Below are positions 28,938 through 39,317 of a DNA stretch of 64,000 bases, piece after piece. Both the position numbers and the translations under genes were made by a program. The stretch's first letter is position 1; each line of letters starts with the position of its first letter. The DNA comes from Candidatus Levyibacteriota bacterium (GTDB lineage: Bacteria; Patescibacteriota; Microgenomatia; Levybacterales; UBA12049), in the NCBI GenBank assembly GCA_963790825.1, contig CAWBPM010000002.1:4721-68720 (forward strand). The letters run 5' to 3'. The notes under the pieces were generated by a model that worked only from the letters and a program-made list of their open reading frames with translations, was not told where the DNA came from and did no database searches.

Positions 28938-29639
28938 ATGCAAGACACGGCTGTAGTTATTCCGGCATTTAATGAGAGCGAGAACTTAACAATTCTTGTC
29001 AGGAAGATTATTGAAAATATTCCGCGGGGGAAAATATTCATTGTCGATGATTCTTCAGGAGACGAAAGATTAAAACTCGAAAAGATAATTGCACCGTATA
29101 AAGATAGTATACGGTTATTATCCCGAAACGAAAAAGGAGGAAGAGGAAGTGCGGTACTGCTGGGATTTAAGGAGGCACTCAAAGACAAAAAAATAAAATA
29201 TTTTTTTGAGATGGATGCGGACCTAGCGCATAATCCTAAAGAAATTAATAAATTTTTAGGTTTGTCTGAAAAATTTGATGTCATAATTGGTTCTCGATAT
29301 AAAAGCGGGAGTAAAATAACTAAATGGCCGCTAAGAAGACTAATTACCAGCAGAATAATAAATATTTTCCTTAATCTTTTATTTGGACTTAAGCTTAGCG
29401 ATTATACAAATGGGTTTCGGTTTTATAACAAAAAGGCCGTTGAATTTTTAATGACTTCAAAGTTAAAAGAGACAGGTTTTATAGCTCTTTCGGAAAGCGT
29501 CTATAAGTTAAAAAGAGCGGGGTATAAAATTGGAGAAATAGCGACAAGCTTTACTGATAGAAAATACGGGAAATCAAATGCCGGTATAGCCGAGCACCTG
29601 AGAGCTTTGTACGGGATGGTAAGAATTAGATTATCATAA
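28938..29639 (+). CDS. GT2 polyprenol-phosphate glycosyltransferase (Dpm1-like)
   Basis: VVIPAFNE, VDDSS, MDADLAH, GSRY, DYTNGFR, DRKYGKS. Confidence 0.88.
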   Translation: MQDTAVVIPAFNESENLTILVRKIIENIPRGKIFIVDDSSGDERLKLEKIIAPYKDSIRLLSRNEKGGRGSAVLLGFKEALKDKKIKYFFEMDADLAHNPKEINKFLGLSEKFDVIIGSRYKSGSKITKWPLRRLITSRIINIFLNLLFGLKLSDYTNGFRFYNKKAVEFLMTSKLKETGFIALSESVYKLKRAGYKIGEIATSFTDRKYGKSNAGIAEHLRALYGMVRIRLS

Positions 29640-29655
29640 TCGTATGTTAAATAGT

Positions 29656-31284
29656 TTATCTAAAAATAAGAATTGATCCTCCGACTAAATCTGCCGGTTT
29701 CCGATTTTTCAAAGCTTGATCAGTGTAATAACCACAAAAATACCAGCAGGTAACGCTGATTGCTAGGGTGTGACCCCTTAGTTGCATTGGCACTATCTTC
29801 TTTTGATCACTCATACTGCGATCTTTTATACGTTCATAATGTATGCCGTATTTGGTCGGCAGCGCTGTACCCATATAAGCAAGCTGCAAATTATTTATCT
29901 TTTGTGTTTGTTGGTAACTCGCCAGATCAATTAGTCCCTGTCCCAGGTCCATATTTCCTTCTGCTAAATATTTGTACCCGTTTTCACTGCCGCCGACCAA
30001 CTCGTTAAAATAAGATAGATAATGAGGATACACTGACAATGTTCCTAACATATACCAAATAGTAAAAACAAAAAGTATATATGAAAAATATTTTTTTCTT
30101 TGCACTATATTTATTATTTGACTCGTGTAAATGATTATCAGAGGATAAATAGAAAGAATATAACGAAGTACCAACAGTACGTGAGTAAATAAAGTAGAAG
30201 CCAATATAACGCCTAGTGGTATAAGAAGCAGTAAGTTTTCTCTATTTTTGTTTCGAAAATACAAAAGACTAAAGATAAAAAAAATTATTAAGGGCAAAGG
30301 TGTCTTAATAAGAAATACCGGCAAGAGAAAAAATCCGTAAAATCCATTTTTTGAATAATTGCCCCAAAACACAGACTCTTTTACAAAATCGGTGGTATAA
30401 TTAGTTCGCGAATCCTCCTTGATTGTGCTTATATAACTGCCTAAAGGTATCGGTTGATTTAAGGCAAAGTTAATTATGGTGTTATGTTTGGCCAACCTTA
30501 AGGCTTCCCTTTGTGGATCAAATCTATATCCCAAAGCCGGTTCAAAAGTAAAAAAATATGTAGACCATAAGGAAAAAAAAGTAACGGATATAAAAATAAG
30601 TATAGTTATAACTTTACCTCTCCAATATCTGGTCCTAAATAAAGCCTTTTTTTTGTCCAAAACGAGAAACAGTCCTAATGTGAAAAAAAGATAGATAAAA
30701 TTGGTAAACTTAGCTGCCAATGTTAACCCTGCCACAAGAGAAAAAAGTATCAATTTTTTATAAGTCATCCGTTTCCTAAAAAGAAAATATAAAAATAATG
30801 TTAATATGAAAAAAAATGTGGAGATCAGGTCTGTCATGGCGTAGTGGCCCTGCGCTAATATCTCCGGCTCGAAAACATATAATAATAATGCAAATAAACC
30901 CGGCCTAACTCCGTAAAGTTTTTTGGCAAATATATAAACAAGTATCCCCAAACAAAGTGTAAAGAAGACTACAATTAGACGGGGAAGCAAGAGTATTTTA
31001 TCATTTAAGACGTTTTGCTGAAAAAGCATCGGGAATGCAACAAGTTCTCGAGTGAAAGGAGGACTAAAAGGTTCCGCGCGGAAATCATGATTAGTTAGAA
31101 ACGAAAAACCAGCCGGAACATGAATTAATTCGTCAAATACCGGTGATTCGCGGTAAATACTGCTTAGCAAAAGGAAGGCCAAAACAATACTACAAATTGC
31201 AACGACAATATATTCAAGCGGAATAGATAGTATGCGTTTATTAAATAATTTATCTTTTGTAGGTTTCCTTGTAGTAGATGCCAT
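29656..31284 (-). CDS. GT-C fold (ArnT/PMT-like) membrane glycosyltransferase
   Basis: SPVFDE..H luminal motif, PP, TD, AKF, KTPL, RY, PHYLSYFNELVGG. Confidence 0.8.
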   Translation of the reverse strand: MASTTRKPTKDKLFNKRILSIPLEYIVVAICSIVLAFLLLSSIYRESPVFDELIHVPAGFSFLTNHDFRAEPFSPPFTRELVAFPMLFQQNVLNDKILLLPRLIVVFFTLCLGILVYIFAKKLYGVRPGLFALLLYVFEPEILAQGHYAMTDLISTFFFILTLFLYFLFRKRMTYKKLILFSLVAGLTLAAKFTNFIYLFFTLGLFLVLDKKKALFRTRYWRGKVITILIFISVTFFSLWSTYFFTFEPALGYRFDPQREALRLAKHNTIINFALNQPIPLGSYISTIKEDSRTNYTTDFVKESVFWGNYSKNGFYGFFLLPVFLIKTPLPLIIFFIFSLLYFRNKNRENLLLLIPLGVILASTLFTHVLLVLRYILSIYPLIIIYTSQIINIVQRKKYFSYILFVFTIWYMLGTLSVYPHYLSYFNELVGGSENGYKYLAEGNMDLGQGLIDLASYQQTQKINNLQLAYMGTALPTKYGIHYERIKDRSMSDQKKIVPMQLRGHTLAISVTCWYFCGYYTDQALKNRKPADLVGGSILIFR

Positions 31285-31396
31285 GAGTAGAGTATAGCAC
31301 TTATAGGATGTATCGCGACTTATTTATTCATTTATTCATAGAACTTACTTATCGTTTCTCATCACTCAATTCACTAAATTTTTTTTATTATCTCTC

Positions 31397-31425
31397 TTGA
31401 CAAGGAAATAAGTAATCTCTACTAT
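31397..31425 (+). promoter_or_regulatory. sigma70-type promoter, probable leaderless transcript
   Basis: TTGACA-17 bp-TACTAT, 6 nt before ATG 31432. Confidence 0.65.
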
Positions 31426-31431
31426 AGAAAT

Positions 31432-32031
31432 ATGGACGATATTCCTGCCCAATCTGATCCAAACGCTCCGGTAATTCCACCGCCTGTTACCACTAGTTCA
31501 ACGGCTCCTGTTCCCCAAGTTCCGACGAGTATGAATATGAAACCTTCTATAGCTGCTTCCTCCAGTAGTATGTGGGATGCTTTTGAGCACATTTTGCTTT
31601 TTATCAGTCTTTATGTGATGGCGATGTCTATCGCACTTGTTTTGCATTATTTTGCAGACAAATGGTCACCGGGCATACCGACCCACCCAGAATACTCATC
31701 AGTAACGAATTCATTTCAAGATACGATGTTTCGGGGGTATTTGGCAGCACTTATCGTTTCAACGCCCTTGTTTTCCTTATTTTTTCTTCTGGTTTCGAAG
31801 CGAACGTTTGCTAATCCAGGTATAAAAAATCTTCGATCACGAAAAATACTTATTTATCTAACGCTTATTATCACGTTTCTCATTATGCTTTCAAATATCA
31901 TTGTTTTGGTGTTCGATTTTTTAAACGGTAATGTCACGTTGAATTTCGTCATTCATTTTTTGATTACCGGACTGGTAAGCGGAATCGTATTTTACTATTA
32001 TCTTTTACAAATTCTGTCCGACAGAAAATAA
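31432..32031 (+). CDS. DUF5671-like membrane protein
   Basis: Pro-rich N-terminus, WDAF.H.L.FISLY, A.LIV..PLF, RK.LIYLTL, FLNG. Confidence 0.65.
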   Translation: MDDIPAQSDPNAPVIPPPVTTSSTAPVPQVPTSMNMKPSIAASSSSMWDAFEHILLFISLYVMAMSIALVLHYFADKWSPGIPTHPEYSSVTNSFQDTMFRGYLAALIVSTPLFSLFFLLVSKRTFANPGIKNLRSRKILIYLTLIITFLIMLSNIIVLVFDFLNGNVTLNFVIHFLITGLVSGIVFYYYLLQILSDRK

Positions 32032-32032
32032 C

Positions 32033-32893
32033 ATGCGTAAATATTATGTTTTTATTGCTTTACTCAGTATTTTCGCTCTCATTCTTGTTGTGATTGGCTT
32101 CCTCATCGTTGGCACACCATTCTCTCAACGTGATATTCAGCTCGATACATCTAGATTAACCAGCTTTAGTGCGATTTCTACTGCTATCACCACCTACCAG
32201 GAGGAAAATAACGGAACTTTGCCGACTGATTTAAGTAAACTGCCCATTAACGGTGGAATACTTTCTCTCAACGATCCTGAAACTAATAAACCGTATGATT
32301 ATAAAGTTATATCATCACAAACCTATGAACTTTGTACGACATTTAGTACAGATTCGTCAAAAACGAACACTACCCCTACGTATTCATATTATGCAGTGAA
32401 AACAGATCACCCGAAAGGATATGCTTGTATCACGTATAAAGGCCAAGATTACAACAATTATATCTATAATAATCCAACTCCAATACCTCCTCAACCAGTA
32501 ACACCAGTAACAGATATAAAGATATTGTCACCAAAACTGAATGAAGTCCTTTGTATGGGTAGTTCGTATCAAATCCAATATGAAGCAACGACTGATATTG
32601 AGGGTATCGGGTTTGATATAAAAGGTCCGGCAAGTTTTATGACACAAATATCAACAGATTTTTCCCCGGTAAAAAATCAACCAGCACCTGGATTAACCGG
32701 ATATAATAAAGGTTCATACGCTTGGACTGTCGGTCAAACAATTTCAAAAGTCGGACTTAATCCCGGATTCGGTTATCAACTTGAAGTAATTGCATCCACG
32801 GGCGGTTCATCCGACAAGTTTTTTTACAGCGATTTATTCACCATTTCTAATTCCTGCAATTCTTCAACAACCGGAACAAAAACAACGCAGTAA
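32033..32893 (+). CDS. membrane-anchored protein with pilin-like domain and Ser/Thr-rich Ig-like C-terminus
   Basis: N-terminal TM, G.P...R...D..R....I...I..Y......LP..L..L, DPET..PY.Y....YELC..F; then ILSP..E....G..Y.I.Y. Confidence 0.55.
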   Translation: MRKYYVFIALLSIFALILVVIGFLIVGTPFSQRDIQLDTSRLTSFSAISTAITTYQEENNGTLPTDLSKLPINGGILSLNDPETNKPYDYKVISSQTYELCTTFSTDSSKTNTTPTYSYYAVKTDHPKGYACITYKGQDYNNYIYNNPTPIPPQPVTPVTDIKILSPKLNEVLCMGSSYQIQYEATTDIEGIGFDIKGPASFMTQISTDFSPVKNQPAPGLTGYNKGSYAWTVGQTISKVGLNPGFGYQLEVIASTGGSSDKFFYSDLFTISNSCNSSTTGTKTTQ

Positions 32894-32895
32894 CG

Positions 32896-33370
32896 ACGGT
32901 ACCTCGTGTAATCTATACAATTCTTCTCAGTATATTTCTGGCATTTTTCATCGGGTCGGGAATTAACACCTTTTATTCGCAGCCAATCTATCAAATGCCT
33001 GCTACCTGCATGGCGCCGGCAGGGAAAATAGGTCCCAACTCTGCTGACCAGCGGAAATGCCAGAAAGCACAGGAATTTTTGCAAGTAAAGAATAATTTTT
33101 ATTCTCAGATCGTTTCGTTACTTGCACTGATAGAGGTAGTCATATATTTTACGATAAGTTTTATCGTTTTTCGCAATCAACTAATTTTTTCCTAGGATTT
33201 TTATTTGGCAGTATGTTTACGCTTTTATACAGCCTGCTTCGGAGTTTTAATAGTAATCAGTCCTCAATTTTCATTTCTGATTGTTGTTATTTCACTTATA
33301 CTGGTTATGATAATTGTTTATCTTCGTTTTATCAAGCCGGAAACTCCCCTGGAAAATAATCTTTTCTTTT
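32896..33370 (+). pseudogene. frameshifted multi-TM membrane protein gene
   Basis: ACG in place of a start; reads TVPRVIYTILLSIFLAFFIGSGINTFY...; frameshift near 33190 to LGFLFGSMFTLLYSLLRSF; second shift near 33258 to PQFSFLIVVISL...YLRFIKP. Confidence 0.6.
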
Positions 33371-34639
33371 TTATGGTTTTCCGATAACTAAACATGTATT
33401 AATTCCACCAAAGCCAAAGGAATTGTTTACTCCTACATCAACTTGAGGGAGATATTGCGCCTCATTTGCTACTACATTATAGCCTTCAATTGACGGGTCA
33501 GGGTCTTCAAGGTGTAAGGTTGGAGGTACATTGCCGGTGAGAAGCGCCTTAATAGTTACGATTGTTTCAATTACGCCAGATGCTCCCATGGTATGACCCA
33601 GGGAACTCTTTGGGGCAGTTATTGCAACTCTGTCTGGTTTAGGAAAAACTTCACGTATACCTTCCATTTCCGTATCATCCCCTTTAAGAGTACTGGTTGC
33701 ATGTGCCTTCACAAGATAATAGTTATCTTCTCCTGTCATTCCGGCCATTCCCAAAGCTTTTCTCATCGCACTTACAGAACCTACTCCACTTGGCTCAGTT
33801 GCTTTATATGCATCGGCTGTTGCTCCATAACCAAGGATTCTACCGAGAATAGGAGCATGTAATTTTTTTGCGAGTGCTTCTGTAGCTAAAAAAATTACTC
33901 CCGCCCCTTCACTCATAACAAATCCATTCCTTTTTCTATCAAATGGCCGACTGGCTCTATCCGGGTCGGTTTCAGGAGACAATGCATGTATAGACTCAAA
34001 ATATTTGTACACTTGTGAAACCAAAGAGGCCTCTGTGCCTCCGGCTATCATGCCATCAGCTTGATCTAAGCGAATTATGTCGACTGCTCGTATGAGTGCG
34101 TCAAGACCCGTTGCACAAGCTGCAACGTTAGTCGAGAGAGGGCCTTCTGCTTTTACGAGAATACTTAAAGCTGTAGAAACAGTTTCGGGTTGGATCTTAA
34201 GCACTGCAGTACCTAGGCTTCCACCTTCTAACATTTTTTTATAGTCAGGACCGATCCCGGATGTTCCTCCTCCTCCTGTCCCGATCTGCGTCCCAATTCT
34301 TTCCCTATACTCAGGAAGGATCTTATTATCAGAACCTAAAACATTAGCTTGATATAAAGCCGGAAAAGCAGCAGCCAATCCCAATTGCGTTGCTCTGGCA
34401 TAACGATCATCTAATTTCTTAAGTTCTTTCTCATTCAATATTCCGCGGAAAACTTCAGAGGGGTTAAAATCAGTAATCTGTCCGGCAACTTTTATGTTTG
34501 AATATTCAGGACTGACAGAAGATATGCCCGTTTTACCGTTAAGTGCATTTTGCCACATCACTTCAACCCCAATACCATTTGGTGTTACTACACCCATTCC
34601 GGCTATAACAATACTTCTTGACTCAACAGCTGGTAACAT
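33371..34639 (-). CDS. fabF: beta-ketoacyl-ACP synthase II (FabF-like)
   Basis: GMGVVTP.G, AACATG (Cys), SRPFD..RNGFV.SEG, AHATST, KS.LGH, NSFGFGG.N. Confidence 0.88.
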   Translation of the reverse strand: MLPAVESRSIVIAGMGVVTPNGIGVEVMWQNALNGKTGISSVSPEYSNIKVAGQITDFNPSEVFRGILNEKELKKLDDRYARATQLGLAAAFPALYQANVLGSDNKILPEYRERIGTQIGTGGGGTSGIGPDYKKMLEGGSLGTAVLKIQPETVSTALSILVKAEGPLSTNVAACATGLDALIRAVDIIRLDQADGMIAGGTEASLVSQVYKYFESIHALSPETDPDRASRPFDRKRNGFVMSEGAGVIFLATEALAKKLHAPILGRILGYGATADAYKATEPSGVGSVSAMRKALGMAGMTGEDNYYLVKAHATSTLKGDDTEMEGIREVFPKPDRVAITAPKSSLGHTMGASGVIETIVTIKALLTGNVPPTLHLEDPDPSIEGYNVVANEAQYLPQVDVGVNNSFGFGGINTCLVIGKP

Positions 34640-34777
34640 ACTATTTCTTATTGTATCACTTTATATACCAGAATACGAGCAGAAAATTTTACAGATATCT
34701 ATCATTTGTGTTAGCCGATTGACAGTCAGAATATTGCTATTGTATTATTTCTAAAAAAGCAAGACACATGATAATAT

Positions 34778-36277
34778 ATGATACTAAATAATATGCCAAA
34801 TAAAATCCGGCTAAAAAAAATTACAAAGAATACAAAAATACTTTGGCTTATCAGTATACTATCCATTATTTTTTCTCTGGCAATTGGCCTGGACATTTCA
34901 CCTTTTCTGCGTGGACCGGCGCCGTACTTTCCGGATTGGCGCTGGACATATCAATTCACCAATACACTTACGAAGTTATGGTTTCCTCTTGTGGTATTTG
35001 CTGGCATACTTTTCTATACAAATAATTTAGAAAAAAAATCTGAACAAAATCTAAGAAAGCACGAGAAAAAATACCTGCTACTCTTATTGATTCTTTCATT
35101 TTTATTCCAAATCTCAGTTATTTATTACAGTCGGGCAGGACTTGGGGTATTTCTTCATCGCATTATTACTCCGGGAATCAGCGGCTATTTTTCTACTTCG
35201 TTACCCATTAAAAATATTTCTGTGTTTTTGTCTCTCTATCAGCAAAATGTCGGCAGTTATCCTATGTATGCACGGTTTCATCCGCCGGGATCAATATTGA
35301 TTTTCTACTTTTTCGAACAAATTATTCGTTTATTTCCCAGCATAGACTTTGTGACATATATTACAATTCGTCATACTGACGTGAACACAATCTGGAATAG
35401 TCTTTTGCCCTACCAAAAGATAGCAGGACTTTCTTCAGGATTCCTGATCTCTTTTCTTTCAGGGTTAACGATCATCCCTCTTTATTATTTAAGTAAATTA
35501 ATCTATTCTACGAAAACTGCGATTCGGGCAGGTATTCTATTTATCCTTATCCCAAGTGTGACCTTATTCCTCCCTCTCAATGATTGCTTCTTCCCGCTAT
35601 TTTCTGCAGTCTCATTATTCTTCTTTCTCAAAGGAATCAAAGAAAAAAATAAGATAGACATTGGTATTTCAGGAATAATCTTGTTTTTAGGAGTGTTTTT
35701 TACATTAACGTCACTATCTCTGTTATTTGCTTTTTTTATCATCTATCTTTTATCTGCCCGGAAGAAAAATCTAAAAATTATATACTTTCTGCCAGTCGTA
35801 TTATATTTTAGCTTTGGTTTTCTCTTGCTTCCGATATTATTTTATTTTATTTATCACTTTAACAGTATTACAGTTATGCAAACACTACTTGCCTATCACA
35901 ATCATGTGCAATCGTCCCGTAATAATCCGTTATGGCTGATTTATAATTATTATGATTTTTTTGTTTTTATTGGCCTGCCGCTGGCGGTACTATTTTTTAT
36001 CATGTTAAAAGACGAATTACAAAAAATTTATTTTAGACAAAAAATTGACACACTATTTATTTCGTTTTGTCTTATGACAATAATAATTGATATCATGGGA
36101 ACGACAAATGCTGAGGTAGGAAGAATTTGGCTGCCGTTTTTCCCGCTCATTTTACTACCACTGGTAAATTTCTTAACAAATCGACTTAAATTTACCAGGT
36201 CTGATTATTTAATTTTTTTACTATTACAGGGAATTCAGGTAATTATTTTACAAACCTTTTGGGTGACGGTTTGGTAG
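34778..36277 (+). CDS. multi-pass membrane protein, probable GT-C glycosyltransferase
   Basis: Many TM helices, HPPG luminal motif, EVGRIW. Confidence 0.6.
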   Translation: MILNNMPNKIRLKKITKNTKILWLISILSIIFSLAIGLDISPFLRGPAPYFPDWRWTYQFTNTLTKLWFPLVVFAGILFYTNNLEKKSEQNLRKHEKKYLLLLLILSFLFQISVIYYSRAGLGVFLHRIITPGISGYFSTSLPIKNISVFLSLYQQNVGSYPMYARFHPPGSILIFYFFEQIIRLFPSIDFVTYITIRHTDVNTIWNSLLPYQKIAGLSSGFLISFLSGLTIIPLYYLSKLIYSTKTAIRAGILFILIPSVTLFLPLNDCFFPLFSAVSLFFFLKGIKEKNKIDIGISGIILFLGVFFTLTSLSLLFAFFIIYLLSARKKNLKIIYFLPVVLYFSFGFLLLPILFYFIYHFNSITVMQTLLAYHNHVQSSRNNPLWLIYNYYDFFVFIGLPLAVLFFIMLKDELQKIYFRQKIDTLFISFCLMTIIIDIMGTTNAEVGRIWLPFFPLILLPLVNFLTNRLKFTRSDYLIFLLLQGIQVIILQTFWVTVW

Positions 36278-36337
36278 GAAATATTCTCTTATCTCAGTCT
36301 CTGCAAGTTTCTCCCTTTTCCTTTATAATAAAGAAAA

Positions 36338-37867
36338 ATGAAAAAGTGGTTGATTGCCATTTGTATTTTACTTTTTGCTCTCTCGCTTAGGCTATGGAAT
36401 TTGAATATGATGGGAAGATGGTGGGACGAAGGATGGTACGTAGAGAAGGGCTACCATTTTATTCAAGACATCAAAATGGGAAATTTTTCCGACCCGTTTT
36501 GGTATACGGACGGAACGGATCACCCGCCATTGTCAAGCTATTTTTACGGGATAGCGTCGTACAATAATTTTATCAGATATGATCCAAATACTATAAATAA
36601 TTTTCCCAGTTGGCCGAAAGGATCGCCTATTTTCCACTATGATCTAACATCCCCGCGTTTGGTATCTGTTTTTGTTTCCTGCCTTGCAATATTATTAGTC
36701 TTTTTTATGGCAACCTCATATTTCTCTTTATTTGTTGGTATAGTCTCTGCGGTAATCCTCGCCATGCTCCCTCATTTTCTAGGATTTTCACAATTAGTAG
36801 ATTTGGAAAGCTGGATTATGCTTTTTTTTACTGCTTGTGTTTATTCCTATTTACTCTATTTGGAAACCAGAAAACGATCCTTTTTACTCCTAACCGGAAT
36901 CCTAACCGGCTTAAGCCTTGCAGTCAAACAATCTGATATTCTTATTTTCTTTTTCTATCTCGGCGTATTTTTTATCTGGAAAAAAATGAGCAAAAATAAG
37001 ACAGTTTCATTTTCCCATCTACTCCCAATTATTCTTTTAAGCATGTTAACATTTTTTCTTGTCTGTCCCATACCGTGGTTTCACCCAAAAGAATTTTTGC
37101 AGTATACTTATCAGTTATGGTTTCAGAATGAAGGCCTTATTCCGGAGTTAATTTTTGGTAAGTCTATGGGTGCCCATTTTTTCTATTATATTCTGGCTTT
37201 TTTAATCACCACGCCAATTATTGTCCTGCTCTTAACAGGTGTCGGTCTATTCGTTGCAAAAAAACAAAAAAACTGGCATTCCTCAGCTGTAATTATATGG
37301 TTTCTGGTTCCGTTCTTGATGACGTTCTTTCACGAGCGGCAAAATATGGTGCGCTACGTTATTGAAGTATATGCTCCGCTATCAATTCTTGCTGCTATTG
37401 GACTCGAGTTTGTTATGCATAAATTCAGCAAAAATGCAGTAGTTACATATGCAGGGCTTATTTTCGTCGGCGGGTATCTTTTTCTTATTTTATTGCAAAT
37501 CACGCCGTATTATTTAGATTATTATAACGAGTTAGTCGGAGGGACAAAAAATGTGTACGAAAAACAGCTATTCTTCATCGGCTGGTTCGGAGAAGGACTT
37601 CGCGGTCCCGGTCTCTATATTGCAATTCATGCCCATCCACACTCCCGGATCGGTATGGCATTAGATCCTGTGCAAACCCTATATACTGTTCCGACATTAC
37701 ATTATGAATTATTCGACTCTCAGAAAAAGTACGACTACGTTGTAGTCAATGCGTTTAACATCACACGAATGGGATTTAAGGAAAATATACTGCTAAAAAA
37801 ATACAGACTTGTGTATACGGAAAAAGCCGGTGGGGCAGATATTGCCCATGTTTACAAACATATATAG
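36338..37867 (+). CDS. GT-C fold (ArnT/PMT-like) membrane glycosyltransferase
   Basis: LRLWNL, WDE, HPPL, R, K, RY, PYYLDYYNELVGG. Confidence 0.8.
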   Translation: MKKWLIAICILLFALSLRLWNLNMMGRWWDEGWYVEKGYHFIQDIKMGNFSDPFWYTDGTDHPPLSSYFYGIASYNNFIRYDPNTINNFPSWPKGSPIFHYDLTSPRLVSVFVSCLAILLVFFMATSYFSLFVGIVSAVILAMLPHFLGFSQLVDLESWIMLFFTACVYSYLLYLETRKRSFLLLTGILTGLSLAVKQSDILIFFFYLGVFFIWKKMSKNKTVSFSHLLPIILLSMLTFFLVCPIPWFHPKEFLQYTYQLWFQNEGLIPELIFGKSMGAHFFYYILAFLITTPIIVLLLTGVGLFVAKKQKNWHSSAVIIWFLVPFLMTFFHERQNMVRYVIEVYAPLSILAAIGLEFVMHKFSKNAVVTYAGLIFVGGYLFLILLQITPYYLDYYNELVGGTKNVYEKQLFFIGWFGEGLRGPGLYIAIHAHPHSRIGMALDPVQTLYTVPTLHYELFDSQKKYDYVVVNAFNITRMGFKENILLKKYRLVYTEKAGGADIAHVYKHI

Positions 37868-37988
37868 CAAGACTCTACTGATTTGGACGGAACTTTTCCT
37901 AAAAATAGAATTGACTCTTCTGCCAATAACTTATTTTCTTGCAATACGCAGCTGCACTTGTTACGATTTTATAGTACCGAAGTTACAT

Positions 37989-39308
37989 ATGGAAGAAATA
38001 GAAGAAAAAGCGAAAGAAGAAGTTGTAGAAGTAAAACAGGAATTTAATAAATTCCTCCGCATTATGGGACCGGGACTGATTACCGGTGCTGCCGATGATG
38101 ATCCTTCGGGTATCGCGACGTATTCACAAACCGGTGCGGAGTTTGGCTACGGACAGCTCTGGACTGCGCTTTTTATGCTTCCCATTCAGGCAGCGACGCA
38201 AGAAGCTTGTGCGCGCATTGGTGCGGTAACAGGTAAGGGACTCGTCGCAGTTATTAAAGAAAACTATAGTAAAAAAATTGTTTACGCTGCGGTGATACTG
38301 GTACTTATTGCCAACACAATTAATATTGGCGCAGACCTGGGCGCGATGGCGGCGGCGACACAGCTTCTCATTCCCATTGACTTTGCTTTTCTTGCTCTTT
38401 TGTATACGGCATTTGTGCTTCTACTCGAAGTGTTTACGTCATATAAAATTTATGCCCGAATTCTGAAATGGTTAGCACTCGCGCTCCTATCCTACCCTCT
38501 AACCATGTTTATCATTCATGAGCCATGGATGACAATTCTAAAAGCGACATTTGTTCCTCATTTTGAGCTTAATTTTGCCTTCCTATTTATCATTACCGGA
38601 GTATTGGGCACTACTATTTCACCGTATATGTTTTTCTGGCAAGCATCGGAAGAAGTAGAAGAAGAAAAAGAGATTGGGTTAAGAAAGGTAGATGGAAAAC
38701 CAAAGCTTTCAAAGAGGTTTATTCGTAATTTGCGCTTAGATAATTTTTTGGGTATGCTGGCTTCTGAAGTTGGAACCTGGAGTATTATTATTGTTGCGGC
38801 GACGGTACTTCACGCGCATGGAGTCACGAACATTGCTACTTCTTCGGATGCGGCAAAAGCACTTGAGCCGCTAGTTCATACATTTCCAAATGCCGGATAT
38901 TTAGCAAAAGTTATTTTTGCAATCGGTATTATCGGACTTGGACTGCTTTCTGTTCCCGTGCTTTCCGGTTCTGCATCATATGCGGTTTCTGAAGCATTTA
39001 ATTGGAAAGAGGGTCTCAATCTGAAATTGAAAAAAGCTCATGGATTTTATGGTGTTATTACAATCGCGACTTTGATCGGGCTTTTAATAAATTTTATCGG
39101 TATTGATCCGGTTAAAGCGCTTGTTTTTACAGCGGTTATTAATGGAGTTGTTGCTGTACCGCTTCTTTTTCTAATCGGGAGAATTGCCCAAAATGAAAAA
39201 ATTATGGGAGTACATAAAAGCGGAAAATTATCCAAAACACTTGTTTGGATTACCTTTGCCGGTATGGGGACTGCCGCTATTGCTATGTTTCTAACTCTTT
39301 GGCATTAA
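37989..39308 (+). CDS. NRAMP-family divalent cation transporter (NRMT-like motif set)
   Basis: GPGLITGAADDDPSGIATYSQ.GA, GTTISPYMFFWQ; start at ATG 37989. Confidence 0.88.
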   Translation: MEEIEEKAKEEVVEVKQEFNKFLRIMGPGLITGAADDDPSGIATYSQTGAEFGYGQLWTALFMLPIQAATQEACARIGAVTGKGLVAVIKENYSKKIVYAAVILVLIANTINIGADLGAMAAATQLLIPIDFAFLALLYTAFVLLLEVFTSYKIYARILKWLALALLSYPLTMFIIHEPWMTILKATFVPHFELNFAFLFIITGVLGTTISPYMFFWQASEEVEEEKEIGLRKVDGKPKLSKRFIRNLRLDNFLGMLASEVGTWSIIIVAATVLHAHGVTNIATSSDAAKALEPLVHTFPNAGYLAKVIFAIGIIGLGLLSVPVLSGSASYAVSEAFNWKEGLNLKLKKAHGFYGVITIATLIGLLINFIGIDPVKALVFTAVINGVVAVPLLFLIGRIAQNEKIMGVHKSGKLSKTLVWITFAGMGTAAIAMFLTLWH

Positions 39309-39317
39309 CTATTTTTT

